From NCBI GenBank assembly GCA_944331835.1, contig CALVIU010000058.1, forward strand, positions 1 to 52,568: DNA of 52,568 nucleotides, in the 5' to 3' direction. Below the pieces are notes generated by a model. That model was not told the DNA's origin. It saw only the letters and a program-made list of their open reading frames with translations, and made no database searches. Shown piece by piece: positions 15,033 to 24,674 of the stretch. Source of the stretch: an uncultured Bacilli bacterium. Lineage in GTDB: Bacteria; Bacillota_I; Bacilli_A; RF39; UBA660. The position numbers were made by a program, and so were the translations under genes. Numbering within the stretch: position 1 is the first letter of the stretch; the number at the start of each line of letters is the position of its first letter.

Positions 15033-16382
15033 CTAATGTTTTTTCTTTTTCTTATTTTTGTTTTTAGGTTTTACTTTTTCTTCAGCAACTTCTTTTACTG
15101 GAGTATCTGTTGTTTTTAGTTCAGGTTCTGATGCTTTGTTATTATTTTTGTCTATCCAGCCCTTTCCTTCAACAATACGAGCTACCATCATTGAACTTAC
15201 TGAGTCACCAGTAACATTTAGTAAAGTTGCCGGTGCATCTATTATTGTAGCAACAATTGTCAAAATTGGCAAGGCTGCAACTGGATAACCCATCATTGAT
15301 ATGATTAACATTTCAGAAATTGTTCCTCCACCAATTGGAACTGCAGTTACTAGAAGTGTAGCTATAAGGGCAACACCAATTATTTGAGCAACATCACCAA
15401 ATGTTGTGATACTTGTTCCAAATAAACATACTAGGAACATTATTTTAAATGCACTACCAATTGATGAACCATCTTTATGGAAACTTGTTCCTAAAGGAAC
15501 AGTTGTTTCAGCTATATCCTTTGGTACCCCAATTTTTTCAGTACATTCAATATTTACTGGCACACTAGCTGCAGATGAGCAAGTTCCTAAAGCAGTTAAA
15601 GCTGATGGTATAATATTTTTCCAGAACGCTTTAATACCTTTTTTGCCAGCAGCAATATATGCATATATTGTATAGAATATAAACATAAATAGTAAACTTA
15701 CCACTAAATAAACAACAAATGTTTTTAAGAAGCCGACCGCTATAACACTACCAAGTGTTCCAACTAGAGCTGCAAAATAGCAACCTAATCCAATCGGAGC
15801 ATAATACATTATTATATGAATAAGCTTATACATTACCTCACTGAATGAATCAAGTAGTTCCGCAACTTTCCTTCCTTTTTCACCACTCTTATTAATAGCT
15901 ATACCAAATAAAATAGAAATAACTATTAAAGCAATCAAATTATCGGTTGAAAGCAAATTAACAAATTGATCTGTCGATAAAACATTGACTGTTCTTTCTA
16001 ATAAATTTAGTTCTACTTCTTCAGTAACACTATCATCAAATACTTCACGAATAGCATCCGTATCATCTGGATTAACCAAATCAATTGTAGATGTAGCTAT
16101 AAATCCAACAATTACTGCGATTATAGATGTTACTAAGAAAACTACAATCGTACTTATTAAAATCTTGCCTAATCTCTTTGGTTGATTAATTTTTGAAATC
16201 GACGACGTAATCGTAAAAAATATTAAAGGAACAATAATGACTAACAATAAATTTAAGAATAAATCGCCGAGCGGTTTAACAATTTCTGCTTTTTCTTTAA
16301 AGATTAAGCCACATATAGCTCCGATTACTACACAGCCCAATAAAATCAAGGTGCTTTTGTAGTTCTTTAAGATTTTCTTCAC
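15033..16382 (-). CDS. Dicarboxylate/amino acid:cation symporter (DAACS, GltP/SstT-like) with a Lys-rich C-terminal tail
   Basis: 449 aa and polytopic. Motifs GTCSSAASVPV and ATIIDAPATLLNVTGD are typical of the sodium:dicarboxylate symporter family. GTG start 6 nt after AAGGAGGG. The tail ends KVKPKNKNKKKKKH. Confidence 0.85.
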   Translation of the reverse strand: MKKILKNYKSTLILLGCVVIGAICGLIFKEKAEIVKPLGDLFLNLLLVIIVPLIFFTITSSISKINQPKRLGKILISTIVVFLVTSIIAVIVGFIATSTIDLVNPDDTDAIREVFDDSVTEEVELNLLERTVNVLSTDQFVNLLSTDNLIALIVISILFGIAINKSGEKGRKVAELLDSFSEVMYKLIHIIMYYAPIGLGCYFAALVGTLGSVIAVGFLKTFVVYLVVSLLFMFIFYTIYAYIAAGKKGIKAFWKNIIPSALTALGTCSSAASVPVNIECTEKIGVPKDIAETTVPLGTSFHKDGSSIGSAFKIMFLVCLFGTSITTFGDVAQIIGVALIATLLVTAVPIGGGTISEMLIISMMGYPVAALPILTIVATIIDAPATLLNVTGDSVSSMMVARIVEGKGWIDKNNNKASEPELKTTDTPVKEVAEEKVKPKNKNKKKKKH

Positions 16383-16482
16383 AAAATCCCTCCTTAATTA
16401 CCTAAATCTTACCATATTATATTTTTTTCGTCAATTTTTATGCCAAATCGATGTAAATTTCACTTTACACTTTTAAATGTAA

Positions 16483-16505
16483 ACAAAAAAGAAGGCAAAG
16501 CTTCT
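16483..16505 (-). terminator. Weak Rho-independent terminator after the signal peptidase gene
   Basis: AGAAG-ctttgc-CTTCT hairpin followed by TTTTTTG on the minus strand. It overlaps the stop codon. Confidence 0.4.
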
Positions 16506-17310
16506 ATTTTAATTTAGGTAAATCTTCAATACTTACATCATCATCGTAAGCATCAAATATGGATTTAATATTACTCTTTTCTTCAGCTATTGGATTGGTG
16601 GTTATATCTGGTTTAGGAGTATATCCTAATAGTTTTTGTTTTTCTTTTTTAAATACTGGTCTAGACAACAGTTCTTTTAATTTGCTTGGCTTGTTATCAG
16701 AATTTTTATTTAAGTTACTTTTTTCTTCTTGTTTTAGTTTTCTTAAACGATTAATATCTTTGAATATGATATACAATGCTGGAATCATAATTAATATTAA
16801 CCAGCCATAGCTACTGGCTAAAAAGAATTGAACTCGTCCTAACTGTGGTATTCTTAAGGCTACTTTACCAACAATTTTTTCAAAAGGTACAGTAGAACTA
16901 TCTTCAATTAAATTGTGATCTCCCTTTGTTTGATAGCTATAAGTACCGTCATTATTTTTAATTATCGATATAACTCGGTGAGTAATGGTACTTCCGTTAA
17001 GTTCTGGACTATCAGAATAAAAAGTTATTACGTCTCCGATTTCAATGTCTTCTGGATCATCAACTCGAACATCTATTACAACGTCATAAACATTAATATT
17101 TGGGGTCATACTAGGACTTATTATAGTATATAAGGAAAATTTTGGTTCATATTTACTACCAAAATGAACGAATACTTTAGTGGCAATAAAATAATACAGT
17201 AGAAAGCAAGCACAAATTACAAGCAAAACAAAAACAGTCCAACTGATAATTGTGGAGATTAACTTTAATATTTCACGAAATGTAAGTTTTTGTTTTACTT
17301 CGGAATTCAT
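16504..17310 (-). CDS. Signal peptidase I, SipW/ER-type (Ser-His), with a roughly 90-aa charged C-terminal extension
   Basis: The SPSMTP motif carries the catalytic Ser and TKGDHN the His. An N-terminal TM and a second TM (GWLILIMIPALYIIF) are followed by a Lys/Glu-rich tail. Confidence 0.8.
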   Translation of the reverse strand: MNSEVKQKLTFREILKLISTIISWTVFVLLVICACFLLYYFIATKVFVHFGSKYEPKFSLYTIISPSMTPNINVYDVVIDVRVDDPEDIEIGDVITFYSDSPELNGSTITHRVISIIKNNDGTYSYQTKGDHNLIEDSSTVPFEKIVGKVALRIPQLGRVQFFLASSYGWLILIMIPALYIIFKDINRLRKLKQEEKSNLNKNSDNKPSKLKELLSRPVFKKEKQKLLGYTPKPDITTNPIAEEKSNIKSIFDAYDDDVSIEDLPKLK

Positions 17311-17333
17311 ACCACACTTCCCTATTCTTTTTT

Positions 17334-17362
17334 ATTATAACCAAATATTCGACAAATAGCAA
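17334..17362 (-). promoter_or_regulatory. Putative sigma-A promoter for the signal peptidase gene
   Basis: Minus strand: TTGCTA (17357-17362), 17-nt spacer, TATAAT (17334-17339). Confidence 0.4.
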
Positions 17363-17408
17363 CAAATCTTTGCAAATAACTAGTAAAATAGAAGACAATT
17401 ATTGCCAA

Positions 17409-18962
17409 TTATGTGTCTAGATTTTCAAATATCTTTTGACCAAAAGAATTTAGGAAAATTATTAAAATAATTGATAAAGCAACTAATCCCAAATTAACAA
17501 TATAAATATAGTTAATTTTAGAAGTATAATCATTAAATATTAAGAATAGACCTAAAAGTAAACCAGCAAATGTTGTTATGAAAGCAGCAGCGCTTTGCTT
17601 GATTGCTTTAATTTCACTTTTCCAAGTAAAATTGGTAAATAAAAGATTTACTACTAAACCAAACAAACTAATAAATATACTGGTAGTTAAAATTGTGACA
17701 AAAGAAAGAATATTGATTTTTGTATCTAAATTAAATGCTATATTAAAAATAATTAAGGCAATTATAGATGCTCCAATATTAAGTATAATATTACTTAAGA
17801 CTTTTGATAACCAAATATCTTTAAATTTAAGAGGTAACATTTTTAAAATATATAAGTTTTTTCCTTCAAGTGATAAAGATGAGGAAGAAGTACAACTTAA
17901 TAAAAGAAAAAATATAAATATTAGTGGTAAATTTTTAATAACCATTGCTTTAGTTATAGGAATATTTTGAATATTATCTAAGTCAAAGAATATTAAAAGA
18001 ATGGGGATAATAATCAATAATATTAATCCCAAGCATGAATTTAGTAAATAATTTGGAGAATATACTATTCTTTTAAGTTCCTTTTTTATTAGACAACTAA
18101 GTGGGCTTTTGTTTTTTTGTTTTTTCCATTTAATTATTTTAGTGTTCAAACTTGCATATTTAGTTGCAATTTTATTATAAAATATACTTAAAAATAATAT
18201 TAAAATAATAATGGATACTAGTGATAATCCAACAAATATAATAGTTGAATTTAAATCATTATTAATTATCATGTTGGTAAAATATTTAGTTAATGGATAA
18301 ACGTTATTAAAAAAATTATTAAAACTGTTTTCAATATCAAAAATATTTAATTCTAAATTACTATTTAAATTGAAAGCAAAATACATACTAAAAGTTATTA
18401 AAGCAAGCATTAGAATTGTCTGAATAAGTTTCTTATATTTAAATCTTGATGAGATAATTGTAATTATACTATTTATAAATACTGCAATTGTGGTGGGAAT
18501 AATTGGTATTATAAATAAAGATAAAATCATCTTAGTGAGCATCCCAGAATAATTGATAATATCAAGATAAGCAATATATACCGGTACCATTATTAATATG
18601 CTTAACAATAAATTAAAAAAATATATATTTATCAATTTACTTGCTACTATTGTTTTTTTACTAATTGGTAAACTCAATAAAAAATCACTATCTTGTTCAT
18701 TAAAGATATCCACCTTAAAAACACTTATGGCTAGTATAAACATGCTACCAATACCAAAAAATTCACTTAAAGCAAGGTAAGCAATATGTAAAGCGTTGAA
18801 GCCTGTTACCATATATCTAGCAAAAAAATAGATGAATATACCGATTATAAAATAAAGACTTATAAATAGTATTACCTTTACTAAAGAAGTAAAACTTTTA
18901 ACTGAGGATATATTAAAATAGTTAGAAAAATTAATTTTTATTAAGCTAAATAGATTCGACAT
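17409..18962 (-). CDS. Large polytopic permease of an ABC-2/putative-ABC-exporter type transporter
   Basis: 517 aa and extremely hydrophobic, with 12 or more predicted TM segments. It overlaps the upstream ABC ATPase gene by 17 nt. Confidence 0.65.
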   Translation of the reverse strand: MSNLFSLIKINFSNYFNISSVKSFTSLVKVILFISLYFIIGIFIYFFARYMVTGFNALHIAYLALSEFFGIGSMFILAISVFKVDIFNEQDSDFLLSLPISKKTIVASKLINIYFFNLLLSILIMVPVYIAYLDIINYSGMLTKMILSLFIIPIIPTTIAVFINSIITIISSRFKYKKLIQTILMLALITFSMYFAFNLNSNLELNIFDIENSFNNFFNNVYPLTKYFTNMIINNDLNSTIIFVGLSLVSIIILILFLSIFYNKIATKYASLNTKIIKWKKQKNKSPLSCLIKKELKRIVYSPNYLLNSCLGLILLIIIPILLIFFDLDNIQNIPITKAMVIKNLPLIFIFFLLLSCTSSSSLSLEGKNLYILKMLPLKFKDIWLSKVLSNIILNIGASIIALIIFNIAFNLDTKINILSFVTILTTSIFISLFGLVVNLLFTNFTWKSEIKAIKQSAAAFITTFAGLLLGLFLIFNDYTSKINYIYIVNLGLVALSIILIIFLNSFGQKIFENLDT

Positions 18963-19668
18963 TGTTATCTATCTCCATATATATTTCTTCTAGACTTTTA
19001 TTTTGAATTAGAGAATTCATTTCTCCGCTATATATAAGTTTTCCTTCTTTTAAAATAACTATTTTATTGCATAGTTTTTCAGCCACATCTAATATATGAG
19101 TTGAAAAAATTATAGTTGCTCCATTGGTGGCTAAGTTGTGCATTTCTTGTTTTAAATTGTGAGTACTAACTGGATCAAGTCCAACAAATGGTTCATCTAA
19201 TATTAAGATTTTGGGTTCATGCATTAAGGCTGCAATCAAAGAAATCTTTTGTTTCATTCCATGTGAATAACTACCAATTTCTTGATTTAAAAAATTAGTC
19301 ATCTCAAACATTTCACTATATTTTTGAGCTAATGCAATTTTTTTGTTTTGAGGAATTTTATATACACTAGCAATAAAATTTATATAATCTATACCACGGA
19401 GATGTTCATATAAATTAGGATTATCAGGAATATATGCTATTTCGTTTTTGCATGCAATGGGTTCTTTTTTTATCGATTTGTTGTTAAGTAATATTTCTCC
19501 TTCTTTAAATTCTAAAATTCCAACAATACATTTTAGAGTTGTAGTTTTACCAGCGCCATTATGTCCAACAAAGGCACAAATGTCTCCTTCTGCAAGCTCA
19601 ACATTTAAATTTTTAACAACATAATTATTTTTTGTATAGGCTTTAGAAAAATTTTTTATTGAAATCAT
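18946..19668 (-). CDS. ABC transporter ATP-binding protein
   Basis: Walker A GHNGAGKTT, signature YSHGMKQK and Walker B ILILDEP. Start moved to the ATG at 19668 (MISIKNF) behind GAGGA; the track ORF begins at 19731. Confidence 0.9.
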   Translation of the reverse strand: MISIKNFSKAYTKNNYVVKNLNVELAEGDICAFVGHNGAGKTTTLKCIVGILEFKEGEILLNNKSIKKEPIACKNEIAYIPDNPNLYEHLRGIDYINFIASVYKIPQNKKIALAQKYSEMFEMTNFLNQEIGSYSHGMKQKISLIAALMHEPKILILDEPFVGLDPVSTHNLKQEMHNLATNGATIIFSTHILDVAEKLCNKIVILKEGKLIYSGEMNSLIQNKSLEEIYMEIDNNVESI

Positions 19669-19891
19669 GTTATTATCCTCACTACTTTTAAGTTCCGTTT
19701 TCAGTATAACAAAAGTAAAGGTATAATGCAATAAATCTTTTATTATATTAATCTAGCCCTTTTCCTATAGTCAATTATATTCTTATATCTAAAATATATT
19801 GTAATTATGTAGAACTATTGTAGTTTTTTTTCATATAATTTAATAAATGGACTTTACTTTTGGTCTGTTTTATATTAAAATTAATACACAT

Positions 19892-19966
19892 GGAACCGTA
19901 GCCAAGTGGCTAAGGCGTAGGTCTGCAACACCTTGATCGCCGGTTCAAATCCGGCCGGTTCCTCCA
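19892..19966 (+). tRNA. tRNA-Cys (GCA)
   Basis: Cloverleaf: acceptor GGAACCG/CGGTTCC, T-arm GCCGG-TTCAAAT-CCGGC, anticodon loop CTGCAAC, discriminator U73 and an encoded CCA. Confidence 0.95.
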
Positions 19967-19974
19967 TATTAAAA

Positions 19975-20002
19975 TAAAAATCCCAAATCTGGGATTTTTT
20001 TA
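19975..20002. terminator. Bidirectional terminator (tRNA-Cys and the convergent 534-aa gene)
   Basis: ATCCCA-aatc-TGGGAT hairpin flanked by A5 upstream and T7 downstream. Confidence 0.8.
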
Positions 20003-21604
20003 TTTTAAATTTATTTTATAACAACGATTACGTATCGTAATAAGTAGATTTACTTCTTCTGCATATTCTATTGCATCTGTTGTTTGTAAAATCAGTTTAT
20101 CGTTAACTCTCGATGGTGTTACATTAATAACATCTACTTCATAAGTTTTTTCAAATAAGACATATTCAAGAGTTATAAAGTTACTAGTAAAGGTTGTTAT
20201 ATTTTTAATATTTTCATATGCTGCTGATTCCGTATCCATTGTGAAATCGTAATCCATTATCAATAATGTTTGTCCCATTTGATTAGCAGTTCCCGCTAAA
20301 ACTAGACCGGTATAATTACGACACGTTTCTTGGTAACAAGCTTCATATTGATATTCATATCTATTAGCTATTTGAACACTGTTAATAGCTAATGATGCAT
20401 TATTTAAATAAGTACTTGAGAAAGAAACTGTTTCATTAAGCCTTGCACTTCTTACAACGTCGACATCCATAATCCTAGTTGGTCGAAGATTAACATTAAT
20501 GGTAACTGCCATAAAATTACGAGATTTTTGAGCAGGTCCTGTGTATATTGTTAAACGATAAGTATTATGAACTTGTTTTTCAGTTAAAATATAAGGTATT
20601 ATATAAGTTCTGGAGTCTCCAGCATCTATCCTTTCTCCCATATATGGATCACCAAAATCGATAAAGTAGTTTCCTATATCTAAGGAAGGATTAATATAAT
20701 CATTTCCTATATAAATTTTTAAATTATCATAATCCAAATATGTATAATTTGAGTTATTATTTGTAATTTCTAATTTTAATACCAGATAGTATCTGCCATC
20801 AACAATAGCGTTTCCTGATTGATCTATATTCGTTAACATGCTATCAGTTACATTAATTCTAAGTCCTTCATAACTAAATGATTCACCCTCGTCATATGTA
20901 TAACGGATTTTTTCATAGCTTTTAAACGCTAAAAATATTGTTATTACTACAACTACTGCAAAAATTATATTAAATATCATTTTATTTTCTAAATAATAAT
21001 AGTAAAACTCTCGAATAAATCGACGTATAAATCTTTCAGCTTTATATGTTTGAAAATTGATGTTTAACTCTATTTCTTCAGAGTCTTCATCGGTTATTTC
21101 TAGTTCTTTTAAATCGTTTTTAAAATCAAATTGTTTAACATTGAATCCTAAGGAACGTATTCCTAAAACTATGATAAAGAAAAATTGAGGATAATAAATC
21201 AGCTGGGCAATATCGCGATAGGTTCTAGCTGCTGCTGTTGACCATAAGCTTTCCTTTAAACCATCTATTAAAAATGCCGCTATAAAAACAAATACTAAAA
21301 GGATAGCATAGTAAATTATTGCTGCCATATAAATTTTGTTAGGCTTTTTCTTACTTCGTAAAAGAATAAAAATAGCAATTAAGCTAATTATTACTAAAAA
21401 TATAGTTAAATAAAGGGTCCAGCTTATATATTGAGAGGACATGTTATCAACAACAGTAACAGAATAACCATTACTGATAAATGTGCGAATAAACGTTAAT
21501 ATTTGTCTTGAACTAACAGCGATATAAATAGTAAGCAAAGTTAAAATAATGTGAATTATTCTAAAGCGTTTGATTAAAAATCCATATGGTTTTTTTAAAA
21601 TCAT
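20000..21604 (-). CDS. Polytopic membrane protein with a large extracytoplasmic beta-rich C-terminal region (DUF4352-like?), function unknown
   Basis: 534 aa. Four or five N-terminal TM helices, a charged linker, another TM, then about 300 aa containing YYLVLKLEITNNNS-type segments. Confidence 0.55.
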   Translation of the reverse strand: MILKKPYGFLIKRFRIIHIILTLLTIYIAVSSRQILTFIRTFISNGYSVTVVDNMSSQYISWTLYLTIFLVIISLIAIFILLRSKKKPNKIYMAAIIYYAILLVFVFIAAFLIDGLKESLWSTAAARTYRDIAQLIYYPQFFFIIVLGIRSLGFNVKQFDFKNDLKELEITDEDSEEIELNINFQTYKAERFIRRFIREFYYYYLENKMIFNIIFAVVVVITIFLAFKSYEKIRYTYDEGESFSYEGLRINVTDSMLTNIDQSGNAIVDGRYYLVLKLEITNNNSNYTYLDYDNLKIYIGNDYINPSLDIGNYFIDFGDPYMGERIDAGDSRTYIIPYILTEKQVHNTYRLTIYTGPAQKSRNFMAVTINVNLRPTRIMDVDVVRSARLNETVSFSSTYLNNASLAINSVQIANRYEYQYEACYQETCRNYTGLVLAGTANQMGQTLLIMDYDFTMDTESAAYENIKNITTFTSNFITLEYVLFEKTYEVDVINVTPSRVNDKLILQTTDAIEYAEEVNLLITIRNRCYKINLK

Positions 21605-21669
21605 ACTATCGCACCCTTTTCCTCATAATAATTTTACCACAAAAAAAATATGATGCATAGACCATATTT

Positions 21670-22119
21670 TTATCTTTTAGTAACTAATACTTGATCTTTT
21701 AGTAGATAAATTGTTTCATTTTGATTTAAAAGATCCAGTTTAGATATTTTAAACATATTTGCTACTGTATCTAGTGTATCCCCTTCAGCAGTAATGTAAT
21801 AACTATATCCACTCTTAGGAATAAGTATTTGCTGATTTGGATAAATGTAATCATCCATATCTAAGCCATTTAAACTAGCAAGTAATGTAGGGTTTATATT
21901 ATATTTTTGAGCAATTTTATAAAGAGAATCTCCAGCTTCAATTGTATAAACAGTGAAGTATTGTTCTTTATTTTTAGGTACTATTATTTCCATACCTACT
22001 CTTAGTTCATCAGGAAAATAAATATTATTTATATCCATTAATACTTCTGGTTTAGTATTAAACTTACTCGCAATGGTTTTCAAATTATCATTAGGTTTTA
22101 TCGTATATTTATCAAACAT
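21670..22119 (-). CDS. Triple-LysM-domain protein with no signal peptide
   Basis: Three LysM repeats (YTIKPNDNLKTIASKFN.., YTIEAGDSLYKIAQKYN.., YITAEGDTLDTVANMFK..). The protein begins directly with the first LysM domain. AGGAGTGA RBS. Confidence 0.85.
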   Translation of the reverse strand: MFDKYTIKPNDNLKTIASKFNTKPEVLMDINNIYFPDELRVGMEIIVPKNKEQYFTVYTIEAGDSLYKIAQKYNINPTLLASLNGLDMDDYIYPNQQILIPKSGYSYYITAEGDTLDTVANMFKISKLDLLNQNETIYLLKDQVLVTKR

Positions 22120-22162
22120 TTTATCACTCCTAATAATAAAATATGAATTTTACAATTTTTGG

Positions 22163-23230
22163 TTAATCAAATATAAAGACCATGTTTTGATGATTAAAGT
22201 TCCATTCAGAATATTTAAGTAAAGCCTGTTCACCATCAAAAGGATTATATTTATATAATATATCTTCAGAAATATAATATATATTTAAACCATCAACTTT
22301 GACTAATTCAGATACATTACGATTAGTAATTAAAACATTAGTTTTTCCATCAGGGACTTTCATATAAAGCTTACTATCTTCAAAAACAACATCTAAATTT
22401 TGTTCTTCACTAAATGTTGGTTTTTCTTTTTGGAAAGTTTGATTACTTATATTTTCCCAGTCGCCATTAACTAAGATTTCACTACTTGCTTTATATATTT
22501 CTTTTTTATCTAAGTCAATATAAAACTCTTGATTTTCTTTTAAATCGTACAAATAAACGTTATTTTTATCATTGCCAAGGAAATAACTATTAAAGTAAAC
22601 TTCAAATCTTAAATCGATATTAGATATTTTAGCATTATTTGTGTTAATAACATATAATTTATCAAAAATATAATCTTGTTCATAATCGGGAACTAATAAA
22701 TAGTTTTCAAAAGCATATATTAAAGATAAATTATAAATATCTTTGGAAAACAACTTTACTGTTTCTTGAGAATCTTTATTTAAATATATAAAATCATGAT
22801 AATTCCAAAGTAAATATGTTTTATCATCTAAATCTCCGATATTGATATTTTTATAAGAATCTTTGGATGTAAATGTTGATTTGTCGCCGATATTTTCAAC
22901 GTAGTAACTGTCGTTATCAGAACAAATATTATAAAGATTGACATCTGTTGTTGTAAACTCAAGACAGGTTTCATCATCATTTTGGGTTACTTTAATATCA
23001 TCAATTAATTTACGTTTGTTAGTATATTTATCTAAGGATATTAATTCGTAAGTTTTATCATCATAATCAATGCTAAAATAGTAAGCATTTTTATCCTTAT
23101 TGTAACTTTCAGTTACGGTTAAATCATCAATATTATATTTTAGTTCATAACTTGATTTACGCAAGTAAAAATAAATAAAAATACTAAATAAAACAATTAA
23201 AGCAACTACTAGTACTACATGTTTTTTCAT
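22163..23230 (-). CDS. N-terminally anchored extracytoplasmic protein, Tyr/Asn/Asp-rich beta-repeat-like, function unknown
   Basis: 355 aa with a single N-terminal TM (VVLVVALIVLFSIFIYFYL). Its start overlaps the upstream gene by 4 nt. Confidence 0.5.
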   Translation of the reverse strand: MKKHVVLVVALIVLFSIFIYFYLRKSSYELKYNIDDLTVTESYNKDKNAYYFSIDYDDKTYELISLDKYTNKRKLIDDIKVTQNDDETCLEFTTTDVNLYNICSDNDSYYVENIGDKSTFTSKDSYKNINIGDLDDKTYLLWNYHDFIYLNKDSQETVKLFSKDIYNLSLIYAFENYLLVPDYEQDYIFDKLYVINTNNAKISNIDLRFEVYFNSYFLGNDKNNVYLYDLKENQEFYIDLDKKEIYKASSEILVNGDWENISNQTFQKEKPTFSEEQNLDVVFEDSKLYMKVPDGKTNVLITNRNVSELVKVDGLNIYYISEDILYKYNPFDGEQALLKYSEWNFNHQNMVFIFD

Positions 23231-23676
23231 ACTTTGTTAGCCATTTCTGGATGAGCATATTTTTGCTTTTCACTCATCATTAATTCTGTAACATTTGTTT
23301 CAATTTCATCTAAACCAGATTTTGGCAAATTACAAATTTCAACTTTTTCTTTAACTGTATCAATAGTAATTTTACCCCATACAAGTCCTTGATAAACAAG
23401 TAAGTCGTTATATAAATCTGGAGTAATAGAACTTAAAAAATAACCCCATACTACTCTTTTTTGCCCAATTAGAATTCTTTTGTTAGTAAGGACCACAACA
23501 CAACTAAAAAATGGTTCATAAAATTTAGTGTTTTTTTGTCCAGCAAAAGCAAAAAGAACTTTTTCACCAGGATTTAAATGCTTTTCTACTACTTCACAAT
23601 GTTTTTTTAAACGCCAGGCAATTCCTCCTGGATGCTTTCTTTTAAAATTTAAGGCTAAATCGTATACACTTCCCAT
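23227..23676 (-). CDS. Cytoplasmic bacterial PH-like (bPH/YokE-like) domain protein
   Basis: 149 aa. The pattern HLNPGEKVLFAFAGQ....VVVLTNKRILIGQKR is typical of bPH domains. AGGTGA RBS. Confidence 0.55.
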   Translation of the reverse strand: MGSVYDLALNFKRKHPGGIAWRLKKHCEVVEKHLNPGEKVLFAFAGQKNTKFYEPFFSCVVVLTNKRILIGQKRVVWGYFLSSITPDLYNDLLVYQGLVWGKITIDTVKEKVEICNLPKSGLDEIETNVTELMMSEKQKYAHPEMANKV

Positions 23677-23723
23677 GTTATCACCTAGTTATATTTTATA
23701 ATAAATTATTAAGTTTAGCAATA

Positions 23724-24674
23724 TTACTTTACATATGAAGAATATACCCAACGATTAGTATTAATTTTGGTCCAACCATTTTTTTCTTCCATTACTGCTA
23801 CAGTTGTTCCTTTAGGGAGTGGTGCTTTGACTTTAAGGATAGTTCCAGCAGGTTTACTACGGACATTGAGAAAATCAGCAGTCGTCGATTTAGTTTCATA
23901 ATATTTGCTAGGTTCTTTTTTAGTTACATAATTACTAGCAACATATTCTTTATCTGTGATTCTAGCCCAGTTATTAACAAATTCACGAACTTTGATACGA
24001 CTATTTTTAGGAAGAGTATTGATGGCATTATAATTTGTTCCTGGTCCTAAACGGATGTTTAGAGATTCTGCAGTTGTATAGTAGTAATCATCTTCTTCAA
24101 TATCGGGGATATATAAATCTAAGAAGTTAAGACCTGCACTATTTTTAATCGTAGTAAATGTATTATCGATGAAAAAAGCATCTTCTGGTTTAACCGATCC
24201 TCCAGTGGTGTTGATAACCCAAATATCATTAGTATTTTTTACCCAGCCAGAGCCGCGGAATTTTCCTCGACCTACAACTATGTGAAAGTGTTCGCCGGTA
24301 GCAAAACCATCTTTGCCTTCGATAGCAATCGGTTCTTTCCTAGTAAATGTTTGACCGATTTTAAGTTTATTTAGCTCTGCGTCTTCGATATGACCTATCA
24401 TAATGGTGACATAATCAGTGAATGTTGGTGTAATAACAGGAGTAGTCGATTCAAGCCATAAAACATTAGAAGAACTGCTGCCAACACCATATATTTTTTT
24501 AACAGTCATGGCATCACAAGGACAGTAAAAATAGCCATTTGGTCCAGTAGCTCCACAGTTGTCGTCGATAGGATAATCTTTTGGTGTGCCAACAGTATGT
24601 CTTGAATGAGAAAAATCATTTTTATATGTTTGAGTTATGTTCATAATTTTAATTGGATAAATTAAATAATTCAT
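23724..24674 (-). CDS. Peptidoglycan hydrolase: M23-like metalloendopeptidase domain plus two SH3b domains (endolysin-like), no signal peptide
   Basis: The N-terminal domain has the M23 order of motifs (HSRH...DYPID, MIGHI, GFATGEHFHIVV = HxH). Two C-terminal SH3b-like repeats (LNIRLGPGTNYNAINTLPKNSRIKV...WARI; LNVRSKPAGTILK...GTTVAVMEEKNGWTKI). Its ATG overlaps the holin stop (TAATG). Confidence 0.72.
   Translation of the reverse strand: MNYLIYPIKIMNITQTYKNDFSHSRHTVGTPKDYPIDDNCGATGPNGYFYCPCDAMTVKKIYGVGSSSSNVLWLESTTPVITPTFTDYVTIMIGHIEDAELNKLKIGQTFTRKEPIAIEGKDGFATGEHFHIVVGRGKFRGSGWVKNTNDIWVINTTGGSVKPEDAFFIDNTFTTIKNSAGLNFLDLYIPDIEEDDYYYTTAESLNIRLGPGTNYNAINTLPKNSRIKVREFVNNWARITDKEYVASNYVTKKEPSKYYETKSTTADFLNVRSKPAGTILKVKAPLPKGTTVAVMEEKNGWTKINTNRWVYSSYVK

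Noticed and set aside
19801-19850. Nine-codon mini-ORF (ATGAAAAAAAACTACAATAGTTCTACATAA, minus strand) containing an A8 tract upstream of the ABC-2 operon, considered as a leader peptide or phase-variable switch.
   Set aside because: It has no RBS and no associated attenuator structure that I could see. It is too short to distinguish from chance in AT-rich DNA.
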